Source: Nitrospira sp. (GTDB taxonomy: Bacteria > Nitrospirota > Nitrospiria > Nitrospirales > Nitrospiraceae). From it: a stretch of 64,000 bases of DNA. Positions 19,562-29,282 of this stretch are shown here, piece by piece (position 1 is the first letter of the stretch; the number at the start of each line of letters is the position of its first letter). A model generated the notes under the pieces. The model was not told where the DNA came from and did no database searches. It saw nothing but the letters and a program-made list of their open reading frames with translations. The stretch spans positions 992,001 to 1,056,000 of the forward strand of contig AP038806.1 of NCBI GenBank assembly GCA_047150005.1. The letters are read 5' to 3'. Position numbers and translations under genes: made by a program.

Positions 19562-20068
19562 CTATTTCGAAGCAGCCTTGGCGAGTGCGTCCAAGGCTTC
19601 ATCCGCCAGACGCCGATGGTCGGCATCATTAAGAGTCCGCTGAACGACCTTTTCAGCCACCATCAAGGCGATGTCGGTGGTTTGGGTACGGATCTCCTGA
19701 ACGGCTTTTCGGCGTTCGTGTTCGATTTCGCGGGTCGCATCGCCCTTGATCCGCTCAGCCTCTTGCACGAGCCGTTGCTCGTTCTCATCGAGTAGCCGTT
19801 GGGCTCGTTCCTTCGCCGCCGCAAGAATGCCCTCGGCTTCTTTGGAGGCCGCGCTCAGCTTGGCCTCATAGTCCTTCAGTTTCCGTTCGGCCTCCGACCG
19901 GTGCCGCTCAGCCTGGTCCAAGCTGTCCCGGATCTTCTTCTCTCGTTCCTCCAACACCGCAAGGATGCCCGGGAAGGCGAACTTGTACAGGATGAAGAAG
20001 AGAATCGCGAAGGAGACGACCTCCCAGAAAATCAACGACGAGAAAAAATGGGACTCAAACTGCGGCAT
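19562..20068 (-). CDS. atpF: ATP synthase F0 subunit b
   Basis: N-terminal TM followed by a long charged helix; lies after atpE. Confidence 0.93.
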   Translation of the reverse strand: MPQFESHFFSSLIFWEVVSFAILFFILYKFAFPGILAVLEEREKKIRDSLDQAERHRSEAERKLKDYEAKLSAASKEAEGILAAAKERAQRLLDENEQRLVQEAERIKGDATREIEHERRKAVQEIRTQTTDIALMVAEKVVQRTLNDADHRRLADEALDALAKAASK

Positions 20069-20080
20069 ATTCTAACCCAC

Positions 20081-20145
20081 GTGCTATGTGCTGGGTCCTG
20101 AGTGCTGAGCAGGCTTCTCAGCACTGAGCACTCGTTCCTCAGCAC
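20081..20145. repeat. Heptamer-based inverted tandem repeat in the atpE-atpF spacer
   Basis: GTGCTAT GTGCTGG GTCCTGA GTGCTGA, short loop, then TCAGCAC TGAGCAC TCGTTCC TCAGCAC. Confidence 0.75.
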
Positions 20146-20147
20146 TG

Positions 20148-20378
20148 TTATTTGCGCAGACCCATGATGATGAAGGCAATGACGAGGCCGTATAGAGCGA
20201 TGGCCTCGACCAACGCGAACCCGATCCACATGTACTTTCCGACGCGGCCTTCTGCTTCAGGCTGGCGCGCGACGGCTTCGATCATCTTGCCGAAAATGTA
20301 CCCGATACCGACGCCGGCTCCGGCGAACCCCGCGGCGGCGAGTCCCATACCCAACAATGCTGCAGCTGCTGAATCCAT
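20148..20378 (-). CDS. atpE: ATP synthase F0 subunit c
   Basis: GAGVGIG, ARQPE, ALVEAIAL (carrier Glu). Confidence 0.97.
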   Translation of the reverse strand: MDSAAAALLGMGLAAAGFAGAGVGIGYIFGKMIEAVARQPEAEGRVGKYMWIGFALVEAIALYGLVIAFIIMGLRK

Positions 20379-20414
20379 TGTGTCCCGATCCTCCCTTGTC
20401 TGTGGCCACACGCA

Positions 20415-21167
20415 TCAGTGCGCGTGATCCTCACTTCCGTGCAAATGGAATGCATCCCCCAGGTAGACGCAGGTCAATACGGTGAAAATGTACGCCTGGA
20501 TGAACGCAATGCCGACCTCCAACCCGTTCATCGCAATGGTAAACGCAAACGGCAGCCAACCGATCAGCAGTCCTCCGCCGATTGCCAATCCAAACAAGAC
20601 CCCCAGAATCGTATGGCCGGCCGTCATGTTGGCAAACAACCGTACGGCCAGAGACACCGGCCTTGCGATTTGACTGACGAGCTCGATCGGAACCATCAAA
20701 GGGATGAGCCACCACGGCGTTCCCGGAGGGACGAGAATTCCAGGAATGAACTTCACCCCGTGGATGAGCAAGCCCATCAAAATGCTGAGGACGTACACGG
20801 TGATGGCAAACACCGCCGTGACGACGATCTGGCTGGTGACCGTATAGGTGCCTGGAATCAGCCCGAGCAGATTGCAGAACAGGATGAACAGAAACAAGGT
20901 GGCGATGAGAGGGAAAAACTTCATGCCCTCTTTTCCCATCGTGTCGAGAATGATGCCACGGATAAAATCGACGAGGATCTCCCCCAGACTCTGCAACTTG
21001 CCGGGCACGAGTTGCCTGGCGGAACTGGCCATGATCATCAAGATGGAAACCACGCCTACCACCACCCACATCATGATGACGGCCTTGTTGATTGAGATAT
21101 CCACCCCCCCAAACTGGACCGGAATGAAATTGTGGAGCTCGAAGGGATGTAGCGGACTTTCTTCCAT
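20415..21167 (-). CDS. atpB: ATP synthase F0 subunit a
   Basis: PGKLQ, NLLGLIP, RPVSLAVRLFANM, IQAYIF. Confidence 0.97.
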   Translation of the reverse strand: MEESPLHPFELHNFIPVQFGGVDISINKAVIMMWVVVGVVSILMIMASSARQLVPGKLQSLGEILVDFIRGIILDTMGKEGMKFFPLIATLFLFILFCNLLGLIPGTYTVTSQIVVTAVFAITVYVLSILMGLLIHGVKFIPGILVPPGTPWWLIPLMVPIELVSQIARPVSLAVRLFANMTAGHTILGVLFGLAIGGGLLIGWLPFAFTIAMNGLEVGIAFIQAYIFTVLTCVYLGDAFHLHGSEDHAH

Positions 21168-21197
21168 GGAACCTTGTGTATCTCTCTTATGAAACGT

Positions 21198-21419
21198 TCA
21201 TGACTTGGGCCATCGCTGCGCAGAGCGATAGGCGTTTCGAATTCCGGCGATGACGCCCAGAATCAACCCACACACCACACCCCAAGGGCTCGCCCCCCAC
21301 AGGTACGTGTCGGCCGCCCACCCGAGCCCTCCTCCGACGATCAGCGCAGCGAGCAGTTCCGTTCCGATACGAACGGCCTGGCCGAGCCCCGCATAAAACG
21401 GATCCTGTGAAGGGGGCAT
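21198..21419 (-). CDS. AtpZ/AtpI-family membrane protein
   Basis: Two TM helices, GGGLGWAAD...PW pattern; first gene of the F0 operon. Confidence 0.85.
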   Translation of the reverse strand: MPPSQDPFYAGLGQAVRIGTELLAALIVGGGLGWAADTYLWGASPWGVVCGLILGVIAGIRNAYRSAQRWPKS

Positions 21420-21604
21420 GCTTCGCCTAGGCTGACCCACAGAGGCGAGTACTCAACCAGCTGCCTGAGTAAGGACTCTCCTGATGGCGGGCGCGCAATT
21501 CAAGCAGAATATCCGTGAATTTGTCAAGCCGACCGCTGCTGTGAAAGGCCCGGATGGCTGAGGTATAGTGATGACGCTGAACTGATCGCCAGACCGCCGG
21601 CACC

Positions 21605-23080
21605 ATGATCAGAGTCTCTCTGCCCTCAAAATCCGCGTTCCTGGACGGCCCTCCACAGCCGTTGGTGCTGACACTCGCGCCGTCCCGGTCGGTTCAGCCG
21701 GTGGATCTCTACGCGCGCCTGGCCTCGACGGCCGGCCCTTCATTCCTGCTCGATAGCGGAAGCCCGGCGCACGGTTCTGGACGGTTCTCCTATCTTGGAA
21801 GCGGCCCGACGACCGTCTTCTCGAATCACCAGACCGCCGGTTGTACGCTGGAGGAAGATCCTTTTCACCTCCTGCGGCAGGAACTCGCTGGAGCACACGT
21901 CGCGAGGACGCCGCAACTGCCTCCATTTTTTGGCGGCGCGGTCGGATATCTGAGCTATGACTTCGCTCGTCGTCTAGAACGCCTGCCGGCCGCGGCGCCG
22001 ATCGATCTCCCCATCCCCGACCTGCAGTTTGCCCTGTATGATCTGGTGACTGCGCTCGATCATGACGAGAACCACGTCCACATCATATTCTGTCCGTCGA
22101 TAACGCGCTTTCTCGGAGAAGACCGCAGCAAGCTCCTTCGAGAAGGATTGGACAGAATCGCGGCCTGCGAAGCGGATTACATCGCGCCGCAACCGGAGAC
22201 GCTGTCGGATCCGGTCATTCCGACCCTCTCGTTCGTTCCCGAGCAACCTCGGGATGCCTATCTTGACCGTGTGGGGCGGTGCCAGCGTTACATCGCCGCC
22301 GGAGACATCTACCAAGCCAATCTGTCCCATCGTTTCAACTTTCGCATTCCTGATCGCTACCGGACACCGTCGGAGCGTCTCCGATATGAACAAGCCTTGT
22401 ATCGACGACTCTCGATCGTGAATCCCTCTCCCTTTTCAGGCCTGCTGCGTTTCGACGACCTGGCCTTGATCAGCGCTTCGCCCGAGCGCCTCGTGCGGGT
22501 CCGCGGCGGGCGGGCCGACACCAGGCCCATCGCCGGCACGAGACCTCGCGGGCGGGGTCCGGAGGAAGATCGCCGGCTCGTTGACGAGCTGCTCCGCACC
22601 GAGAAAGAACGGGCTGAGCACGTGATGCTCGTCGATCTTGAGCGAAACGATCTCGGTCGCGTCTGCGAATTCGGGAGCGTCCACGTGGACGAGTTCATGG
22701 GGGTGGAGCAATATTCCCATGTGAGTCATATCGTGTCGAACATCAGCGGCCGGCTTCGACAGGATGTCTCGCCGTTCGACGTGATCAGAGCCATTTTCCC
22801 CGGCGGCACCATCACCGGTGTCCCGAAAATCCGCTGCATGGAGATCATCGACGAGTTGGAACCCGTCCGCCGCGGACCGTACACCGGGTCGTTCGGCTAC
22901 ATCGGTTGGAACGGAGACGTGGACCTCAACATCATTATCCGCACGTTGGTCCTGTCCAAAGACACCGGGTATCTGCAGGTCGGCGCCGGCATCGTCGCGG
23001 ATTCGGATCCCGCCCTGGAATATGATGAAACATTGCACAAAGCGGAAGCCTTTTTTGCTGCATTGGAACGGAGAGATTGA
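21605..23080 (+). CDS. pabB: Aminodeoxychorismate synthase component I / anthranilate synthase component I family
   Basis: GDIYQANLS, SASPE, PIAGTRPRG, KERAEHVMLVDLERND, FPGGTITGVPK; coupled to a class IV aminotransferase. Confidence 0.8.
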   Translation: MIRVSLPSKSAFLDGPPQPLVLTLAPSRSVQPVDLYARLASTAGPSFLLDSGSPAHGSGRFSYLGSGPTTVFSNHQTAGCTLEEDPFHLLRQELAGAHVARTPQLPPFFGGAVGYLSYDFARRLERLPAAAPIDLPIPDLQFALYDLVTALDHDENHVHIIFCPSITRFLGEDRSKLLREGLDRIAACEADYIAPQPETLSDPVIPTLSFVPEQPRDAYLDRVGRCQRYIAAGDIYQANLSHRFNFRIPDRYRTPSERLRYEQALYRRLSIVNPSPFSGLLRFDDLALISASPERLVRVRGGRADTRPIAGTRPRGRGPEEDRRLVDELLRTEKERAEHVMLVDLERNDLGRVCEFGSVHVDEFMGVEQYSHVSHIVSNISGRLRQDVSPFDVIRAIFPGGTITGVPKIRCMEIIDELEPVRRGPYTGSFGYIGWNGDVDLNIIIRTLVLSKDTGYLQVGAGIVADSDPALEYDETLHKAEAFFAALERRD

Positions 23081-23955
23081 TGTGGATTTACTTGAATGAT
23101 CGATTTGTCGAAGCTGCGAATGCGGTGATCTCGGTCTTCGATCACGGACTGTTGTACGGTGACGGCGTATACGAAACCATCCGGTCGTACAAACGCAAGA
23201 TCTTCATGCGCGATCAGCACCTCGCTCGATTGCGACGTTCTGCCGACGCAATCGGGTTACGCGTCCCAGTGCCCGAGAGCGATTGGCCCGTGCTGTTGCA
23301 GGAGGCGATGCAGCGCAATGACGTCGGGAACGAGAGAACCGATGCCTATATTCGGATCACGATCTCGCGCGGCGTGGGGGATATCGGATTGGATCCAGCT
23401 CTTTGTCCTACGCCAACCGTCATCGTCATGACCAAGCCGCTCTCCCCGCCCCCGCCGCATCACTATCAGAATGGAGTCGACCTCATCGTGGCCAACACCC
23501 GGCGCAACTATCCTGGCGCGCTTGATCCCCAGATCAAATCCACGAGCTTTCTCAACAACATTCTGGCCAAGCGCGAGGCCATCGCGGCGCGAGCATTCGA
23601 CAGTCTGTTGCTGAACTGGGAATCCCATATTGCGGAATGTACGGTCAGCAACCTCTTCTTCGTGACAAACGGACGTCTCTGTACGCCGTCGTTGGCGTGC
23701 GGCATCCTTGACGGCATCACCCGTCGAATCATCCTGTCGTTGGCACAGGAGGAAGGAATCCAGGTTGAGGAGGGAGCGTACGGCCTCGATCAACTCGTTC
23801 AAGCCGATGAATGCTTCCTAACCAATACCACCATGGAGGTGATGCCGGTTACCAGCTTGAACCGGCGCCCGCTGGGAACGGGCAAACCGGGTCTTCTCAC
23901 CCACCGACTGCATCAACTTTTTGTCGCCAATCGGCCGCGATTTTTGGAAGCGTGA
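23080..23955 (+). CDS. Class IV PLP aminotransferase (4-amino-4-deoxychorismate lyase / branched-chain aminotransferase-like)
   Basis: DHGLLYGDGVYET, HLARL, IKSTS, GILDGITR, ADECFLT. Confidence 0.88.
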   Translation: MWIYLNDRFVEAANAVISVFDHGLLYGDGVYETIRSYKRKIFMRDQHLARLRRSADAIGLRVPVPESDWPVLLQEAMQRNDVGNERTDAYIRITISRGVGDIGLDPALCPTPTVIVMTKPLSPPPPHHYQNGVDLIVANTRRNYPGALDPQIKSTSFLNNILAKREAIAARAFDSLLLNWESHIAECTVSNLFFVTNGRLCTPSLACGILDGITRRIILSLAQEEGIQVEEGAYGLDQLVQADECFLTNTTMEVMPVTSLNRRPLGTGKPGLLTHRLHQLFVANRPRFLEA

Positions 23956-24071
23956 TCGCGGGTCATAGCCTATCCTCTTGTTCTGTCTGCTGAACCGCCC
24001 GAGTTTCCCGGGCATGCGTTCTGCATTTTCTTGACAGATAGGTCGAGGCTGCTATCGTTTGTGGGCATACC

Positions 24072-24776
24072 ATGAATCAATCCGATCACGAACAGTCCAG
24101 AGGCCGCAGGCGGATCCGGATTGCTGCGACGGTACTGGCCGGCTGCACTTCGGCGGCGCTGCTGACTCCAAGCCATGCCTCCGCCGAAATCTATCAGTAC
24201 GTCAGTCCCAACGGGTCCATCTCACTTACCAACGTCCCATCGGACTCCCGCTACCGACGCATTGAGGTCGATTCGGCGCAGCTTCACACCACGCTCTCTG
24301 AGCGTGAACTGGAACCGCTCATTCGGCGCCATTCATCCCAGCATCAACTGCATCCTGCGCTTATTCGGGCCGTCATCAAGGCGGAGTCGGATTTCGATCC
24401 ACGGGCGGTCTCTCGGGCGGGGGCCGTCGGGCTCATGCAATTGATGCCTCAAACCGCCGTACGGCTGGACGTCCGAGACCTATACGATCCTGAAGAGAAT
24501 GTGGCGGGGGGCACCAAATATCTTCGGCAACTGCTCGACCGGTTTCACGGAGACCTACCCCTTGCGCTAGCCGCCTACAATGCGGGGGAGAGTGTCGTGG
24601 AGCGGTATCAGGCACTGCCGCCGATCGACGAAACCAGACAATATGTTCGAAAGGTACTGCGCTATTATCGAACCTTTCTCGTGCGCGACGGCGTCATCAC
24701 GGAACGCCCGGTCCACCGGTACTCCCTCCCGAGCTCAGCAGCAGACCCCGCGACTTTCGAGCCTGCTTCCCGCTGA
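24072..24776 (+). CDS. Lytic transglycosylase (small N-terminal domain plus SLT domain)
   Basis: AVIKAESDF, GAVGLMQLMP, LAAYNAG, ETRQYVRKV. Confidence 0.9.
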   Translation: MNQSDHEQSRGRRRIRIAATVLAGCTSAALLTPSHASAEIYQYVSPNGSISLTNVPSDSRYRRIEVDSAQLHTTLSERELEPLIRRHSSQHQLHPALIRAVIKAESDFDPRAVSRAGAVGLMQLMPQTAVRLDVRDLYDPEENVAGGTKYLRQLLDRFHGDLPLALAAYNAGESVVERYQALPPIDETRQYVRKVLRYYRTFLVRDGVITERPVHRYSLPSSAADPATFEPASR

Positions 24777-26355
24777 TTCCTTCAGTCATCGACAGGCGGC
24801 TGTGCTGTTGCCAGCCGGCCCGCCTCGCCTGAGGAAAATCCGACCGGTAATGGGCTCCGATGCTGTTTTCCCGCCACAGCGCCGCTTCGGCGATACACTG
24901 GGCGACCTGGACCATATTTTTCACTTCCAACGAAGCCCGGCTCCCCAACGGCTGCCCCATCATCTGGGCCCATCGTGAAAGTTGGGCACAAGCTCGAATG
25001 AGAGATTCTCCCGAGCGGATCACCCCGACTTGTCCCCACATTGTTCTCCTGAGCGAACTACGAAGCTTCTCGGCGTCCTCGACCGATCCGTAGTGTTCAG
25101 CTTTTAGCGCGGTGTCATAGGCGCTCAGAGACGGAGAGTCGTGCCGATCGCCGTAACTCACGGCGGCCATTGCGGCACGTGCGCCGAATACCAACCCCTC
25201 AAGCAATGAATTACTGGCGAGGCGATTAGCCCCGTGAACTCCGCTGCAGGCGACTTCACCCGCGGCAAACAGTCCCGGCACCGACGTGGCACCGTTCACA
25301 TCGGTCCAGACCCCTCCCATCATATAGTGCGCGCTTGGGGAGACCGGAATCCATTCCTCGGTGATGTCGATGTCATACCGCAGACAGGTCGCGTAGATCG
25401 TGGGGAAGCGACGCCGGATAAAGTCCGCACCCAACTGGGTGACATCCAGGTAGACATGCCGGGCCTTTGTCGCGGCCATCTCCGCCCAAATGGCGCGGGA
25501 TACGATGTCCCTGGGGGCCAATGCTCCCATTGGATGATAGCGATGCATGAAGAATTCGCCCTTCGTGTTGCGCAGCAGGCCGCCTTCTCCGCGCATGGCT
25601 TCGGACAGCAAGAACGGGGGACTTGAGGGAAGGTACAGAGCCGTCGGATGGAATTGCACGAACTCCATGTCCTGGAGGACTGCGCCGGCGCGCAGGGCCA
25701 TGGCCATCCCATCACCGGTGGCGTTGGGCGGATTGGTCGTGCGGGCATACACTTGACCGGCACCGCCGGTTGTCAGCACGACGGCCCTCGCCGGCATCAA
25801 GAGGCGACGCCCCGAATGCTCGTCCAGCACCAGCGCACCGCAACATCGACCGCCTTCGATCACCAGATCCACGGTAAAGTGATAATCCAGCCGACGAATG
25901 CGCGGATGTCTGACGGACTCGGCCATCAGGACCCGCACCATTTCGTTGCCCGTCGCGTCCCCTTGGGCACGCAGAATCCGACTCCGGCTGTGCGCCGCTT
26001 CCCGAGCGAATGCGAACTTCTCTCCCGTCTTATCGAACTTCGCCCCCCATTCGATGAGTTCCTGAATTCGATGAGGACCTTCCTCGACCAGCACGCGCAC
26101 CGCCTCTTTTCGGCACAGACCATGGCCGGCCTTCAGCGTGTCGGTCAAATGGATGGAGACATCGTCCTCCTCGCTCATGGCGACAGCCACTCCTCCCTGT
26201 GCATGGATCGAGCTGCTTTGGAGGGGATGGCCTTTCGTCAGCATGAGAACACGACCGGCTCGGCTCAGTTCCAGGGCCGCGCGAAGGCCGGCGACCCCGC
26301 TGCCGATGACGAGAAAATCAGCTGACGGTGATGGAGAGGGCGCTGGACGTCGCAT
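24697..26355 (-). CDS. nadB: L-aspartate oxidase
   Basis: GSGVAG, AQGGVA, EAAHSRSRI, QFHPT, EAMRGEG, HGANRLASNSLLE. Confidence 0.94.
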   Translation of the reverse strand: MRRPAPSPSPSADFLVIGSGVAGLRAALELSRAGRVLMLTKGHPLQSSSIHAQGGVAVAMSEEDDVSIHLTDTLKAGHGLCRKEAVRVLVEEGPHRIQELIEWGAKFDKTGEKFAFAREAAHSRSRILRAQGDATGNEMVRVLMAESVRHPRIRRLDYHFTVDLVIEGGRCCGALVLDEHSGRRLLMPARAVVLTTGGAGQVYARTTNPPNATGDGMAMALRAGAVLQDMEFVQFHPTALYLPSSPPFLLSEAMRGEGGLLRNTKGEFFMHRYHPMGALAPRDIVSRAIWAEMAATKARHVYLDVTQLGADFIRRRFPTIYATCLRYDIDITEEWIPVSPSAHYMMGGVWTDVNGATSVPGLFAAGEVACSGVHGANRLASNSLLEGLVFGARAAMAAVSYGDRHDSPSLSAYDTALKAEHYGSVEDAEKLRSSLRRTMWGQVGVIRSGESLIRACAQLSRWAQMMGQPLGSRASLEVKNMVQVAQCIAEAALWRENSIGAHYRSDFPQARRAGWQQHSRLSMTEGISGKQARKSRGLLLSSGGSTGGPGVP

Positions 26356-26358
26356 GCA

Positions 26359-26859
26359 TCACTTTTTCGACGGAACGGCGGATTCTGCACCGGCTTGGCG
26401 CTGGCTCATGCCGAACGGAGAATCGCCCTGAACGCCCCGAAGCAGGACGGCTTTCGTTCCGACCCATTGCAGGCGACTGTGACCCCGCTGTCGCTGTCCG
26501 GGATCTTCGGCATTTCTTTTCCACACCCCCTGCCAATGGACATGGACATCGATATCATCTCCTTCGATCATGATCCGTTCCGCCCTGAACTCCAGAACGA
26601 TAGTGTGAAAGGTTTCAAAATCGTTCTCTGCTTCCCGTTGAAGCTGCTCCAACTGGTCAGTCGGCACCATCAACGAGGCCATTGCCGAGGCGTCCTTTTT
26701 CACATAGGCCAAGCGAAGCGATTCTACGGCTTTGTCAATGCGAAGGTACCGTTCATGATCTTCCGGATACTGCACCGATTTGCCGCCGCATCCGGCCCCC
26801 ACTAGAACCGATGCCAGAGCAAATGCCGCCACGCGTCGAATGATTCGAGCCACCGTCAT
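26359..26859 (-). CDS. Putative lipoprotein of unknown function
   Basis: Signal peptide with lipobox-like VGAGC; 3 bp upstream of nadB. Confidence 0.7.
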   Translation of the reverse strand: MTVARIIRRVAAFALASVLVGAGCGGKSVQYPEDHERYLRIDKAVESLRLAYVKKDASAMASLMVPTDQLEQLQREAENDFETFHTIVLEFRAERIMIEGDDIDVHVHWQGVWKRNAEDPGQRQRGHSRLQWVGTKAVLLRGVQGDSPFGMSQRQAGAESAVPSKK

Positions 26860-26915
26860 CGTGCAGGCAGTATAGAAATCGGTTGTGAAAGAGGTCAAGC
26901 CGATGGCACAACGGC

Positions 26916-26944
26916 TTGCATTTTCGGACCAAAGTCCTTAGACT
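26916..26944 (+). promoter_or_regulatory. Sigma70-type promoter of the bS22-like gene
   Basis: TTGCAT-17 nt-TAGACT. A divergent TTGACC-18 nt-TATACT lies back-to-back on the minus strand. Confidence 0.55.
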
Positions 26945-26968
26945 CCGCCGCGGAGGAGAGGAACCCGC

Positions 26969-27064
26969 ATGGCTAGTGTGCTCAAGAAACGCCGGAAGAA
27001 AATGCGCAAGCACAAGTACAAGAAACTGCGCCGGCGTCAAAAATTCCTTCGTCGCAAGAGCTAA
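26969..27064 (+). CDS. Small basic protein, 30S ribosomal protein bS22 / AURKAIP1-COX24 domain
   Basis: Manual translation gives MASVLKKRRKKMRKHKYKKLRRRQKFLRRKS*, with a GGAGGAG RBS upstream; below the ORF-track size cut-off. Confidence 0.9.
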   Translation: MASVLKKRRKKMRKHKYKKLRRRQKFLRRKS

Positions 27065-27094
27065 CCCCACCCAACGGACCGGGAGGAGGACGGC

Positions 27095-27313
27095 GTGCCG
27101 GAAGGCAAGAAAGTTCGCATCCGCGTTCGCACGGTTACCTGTGTGTACGTCGGGGACTTTCTCATTCCCCCGATGCGGCATCGGGTTTCCGATGCGATCA
27201 ACGAAGAGCAGCGTCTCTTTATCAATCTCACCGATGTCGTCATCAACGACAAGGATCGTTCCGAGTTTGTGGCCGTCAATAAGAATCTCATCGAATCCAT
27301 CGCACAAATCTGA
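27095..27313 (+). CDS. Small beta-rich hypothetical protein
   Basis: GGGAGGAGG RBS before GTG; R.SD..N...FI.LTDV...F.AVNK..I pattern. Confidence 0.7.
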   Translation: MPEGKKVRIRVRTVTCVYVGDFLIPPMRHRVSDAINEEQRLFINLTDVVINDKDRSEFVAVNKNLIESIAQI

Positions 27314-27409
27314 CGTTCAGCTTCTCGCATTCGTCGACACGTCCATGCCTGCCCACTGCAGCGGACGCTCCACGCCCGTAGTGCCCTGTCACTGAGACCC
27401 GGCGACACC

Positions 27410-29140
27410 ATGCCTACGTTCGGCAGATTGTTCCCTTTCGTCAAACCCTACATTCCCCGCATGGTCGCCGCGGGCCTGCTGGTCATGGCTGTGGCCGCGA
27501 TCAATCTGGCTTTGCTCCGGCTGGCCGGAAACCTCTGGGATGTGATTACCGTCCGCCACGACTCTTCGCGCATGACGGAATTGATCGGGGCGTTTCTGGG
27601 ACTTGTGCTCATCCAAGGGTTCTGTTCAATGGGGCACAGCTATTTAACCGCGTGGGTGTCCCAGCGCATCGTGGCCGACTTTCGAATCCATGTCTTCGCA
27701 CACCTTCAGACGCTTTCCGTCTCGTTCTTCGCCCGTCGCCGAACCGGCGAACTGTTGTCGCGGCTCATGAACGACGTCACGCTCATGCAATCCATCGCCA
27801 CAGAAACGCCGATCGACACCGCCAAACAGTTCGTCACCTTTGTGGGCGGCATCATCTTTCTCCTCGTGATGAACTGGCGACTGTGTTTGTTGATATTGAT
27901 CCTCCTGCCGCTACTCGTTCTCGTGGCGAGGTTCTTCGGCCGCAAACTCAAATCGCTTTCCACCTCGATCCAGGACCAGACCGCGGCCTTGAGCACGCTG
28001 ACGGAAGAAGTCATCTCCGGCATCCGCATTGTGAAGTCCTTCGTACAGACCGACAGGGAGGAGCGGCGATTCTCGGAGCAAATTGAACGGAATCTGTCCC
28101 TGGGCATGCGCCGCGCGGGCATCATGGCCGTCTTCATTCCAGTCATCAGCCTCCTGACCTTCTCCGCCGCGGCCGCCGTGCTCTGGTACGGAGGCAAACA
28201 GGTGATCGACGGATCGGTGTCTCCGGGTGAACTGTTTGCCTTCGTCCTGTTCGCAGGGATCTTGATCGGCCCGTTCAGCTCGGCCGCCAGAGTCTTCGGG
28301 CAAATTCGTGAAGCGCAGGGCGCCACACAACGCGTCTTTGAAATTCTGGATGCGCGCCCGGACATCTCCGATGCCCCGTCCGCACGTCCCATTGATTCCG
28401 TTGCAGGACATCTTCGTATCGAGCACGTGGGATTTTCTTATGATATTCGGCAGCCGGTATTAACGGATTTCTCCTTCGAGGCTCAGCCCGGGCAATTGAT
28501 CGCGATCGTCGGGCCGACAGGAGCGGGAAAGACCACGCTCGTCAACCTGATCCATCGGTTCTACGATCCGGCCGAAGGTCGGATCACGGTCGATGGACGG
28601 GACCTCCGGGACATCACCTTGGAGAGTTGGTATCGGCAGGTGTCCCTCGTCCCGCAGGAAACGGTCCTGTTCGGAGGAACCATCCTCGACAATATCCGCT
28701 ATGGCAATCCCCAAGCCGACGACGAGTCCGTCCAGGCCGCCAGTCGCGCCGCCCATGCGCATGATTTCATCGTCGGCCTTCCGGACTCCTATCAAACCCT
28801 GGTCGGCGAGAAAGGCGTCAATCTATCGGGCGGACAACGGCAGCGGATCGCCATTGCGAGGGCGATTCTCAAAAACCCTCGTGTTTTGCTTCTGGATGAG
28901 GCGACATCGTCCCTCGACAGCGAATCCGAGCGCCTGGTCCAGGAAGCGCTCGAACGGCTGATGATGGGCCGCACGACCTTCGTCGTGGCACATCGCCTGA
29001 CCACCATTCAACGGGCCGACCGCATTGTGGTGCTCAACAAAGGCGTCCTGGCCGAAACCGGCACTCATCACGAACTGATGGAACGCAAGGGACTCTATCA
29101 ATACCTCTATTCACTGCGTCTTTCCGAACTGCCCATCTAG
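27410..29140 (+). CDS. MsbA-like ABC exporter (fused TMD and NBD)
   Basis: GPTGAGKT, LSGGQRQR, LLLDEATSSLD, VAHRL; multi-TM N-terminal domain. Confidence 0.93.
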   Translation: MPTFGRLFPFVKPYIPRMVAAGLLVMAVAAINLALLRLAGNLWDVITVRHDSSRMTELIGAFLGLVLIQGFCSMGHSYLTAWVSQRIVADFRIHVFAHLQTLSVSFFARRRTGELLSRLMNDVTLMQSIATETPIDTAKQFVTFVGGIIFLLVMNWRLCLLILILLPLLVLVARFFGRKLKSLSTSIQDQTAALSTLTEEVISGIRIVKSFVQTDREERRFSEQIERNLSLGMRRAGIMAVFIPVISLLTFSAAAAVLWYGGKQVIDGSVSPGELFAFVLFAGILIGPFSSAARVFGQIREAQGATQRVFEILDARPDISDAPSARPIDSVAGHLRIEHVGFSYDIRQPVLTDFSFEAQPGQLIAIVGPTGAGKTTLVNLIHRFYDPAEGRITVDGRDLRDITLESWYRQVSLVPQETVLFGGTILDNIRYGNPQADDESVQAASRAAHAHDFIVGLPDSYQTLVGEKGVNLSGGQRQRIAIARAILKNPRVLLLDEATSSLDSESERLVQEALERLMMGRTTFVVAHRLTTIQRADRIVVLNKGVLAETGTHHELMERKGLYQYLYSLRLSELPI

Positions 29141-29180
29141 CATTTAGCATTGCGGCTAGATGGAGCCTCATCGCTTTTCC

Positions 29181-29234
29181 TTAACAAACCCCTAACGAGG
29201 CTGTAACCTCAACGCAACATTCCTTGTTTACTCT
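29181..29234 (+). promoter_or_regulatory. PHO-box-like array of four direct repeats plus a -10 element
   Basis: TTAACA, CTAACG, GTAACC and GCAACA at 29181, 29192, 29203 and 29214 (exact 11-bp period); TACTCT at 29229-29234. Confidence 0.65.
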
Positions 29235-29282
29235 GGCCGAGGCTATGCGAGGTCCGGTGTGAGTGGCAGCAAGGAGGGATTC

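Noticed and set aside
26904..26920. TGGCAC...TTGCA sigma54-like promoter
   Set aside because: The GG-to-GC spacing is one base too long; an overlapping sigma70 -35/-10 pair fits better.
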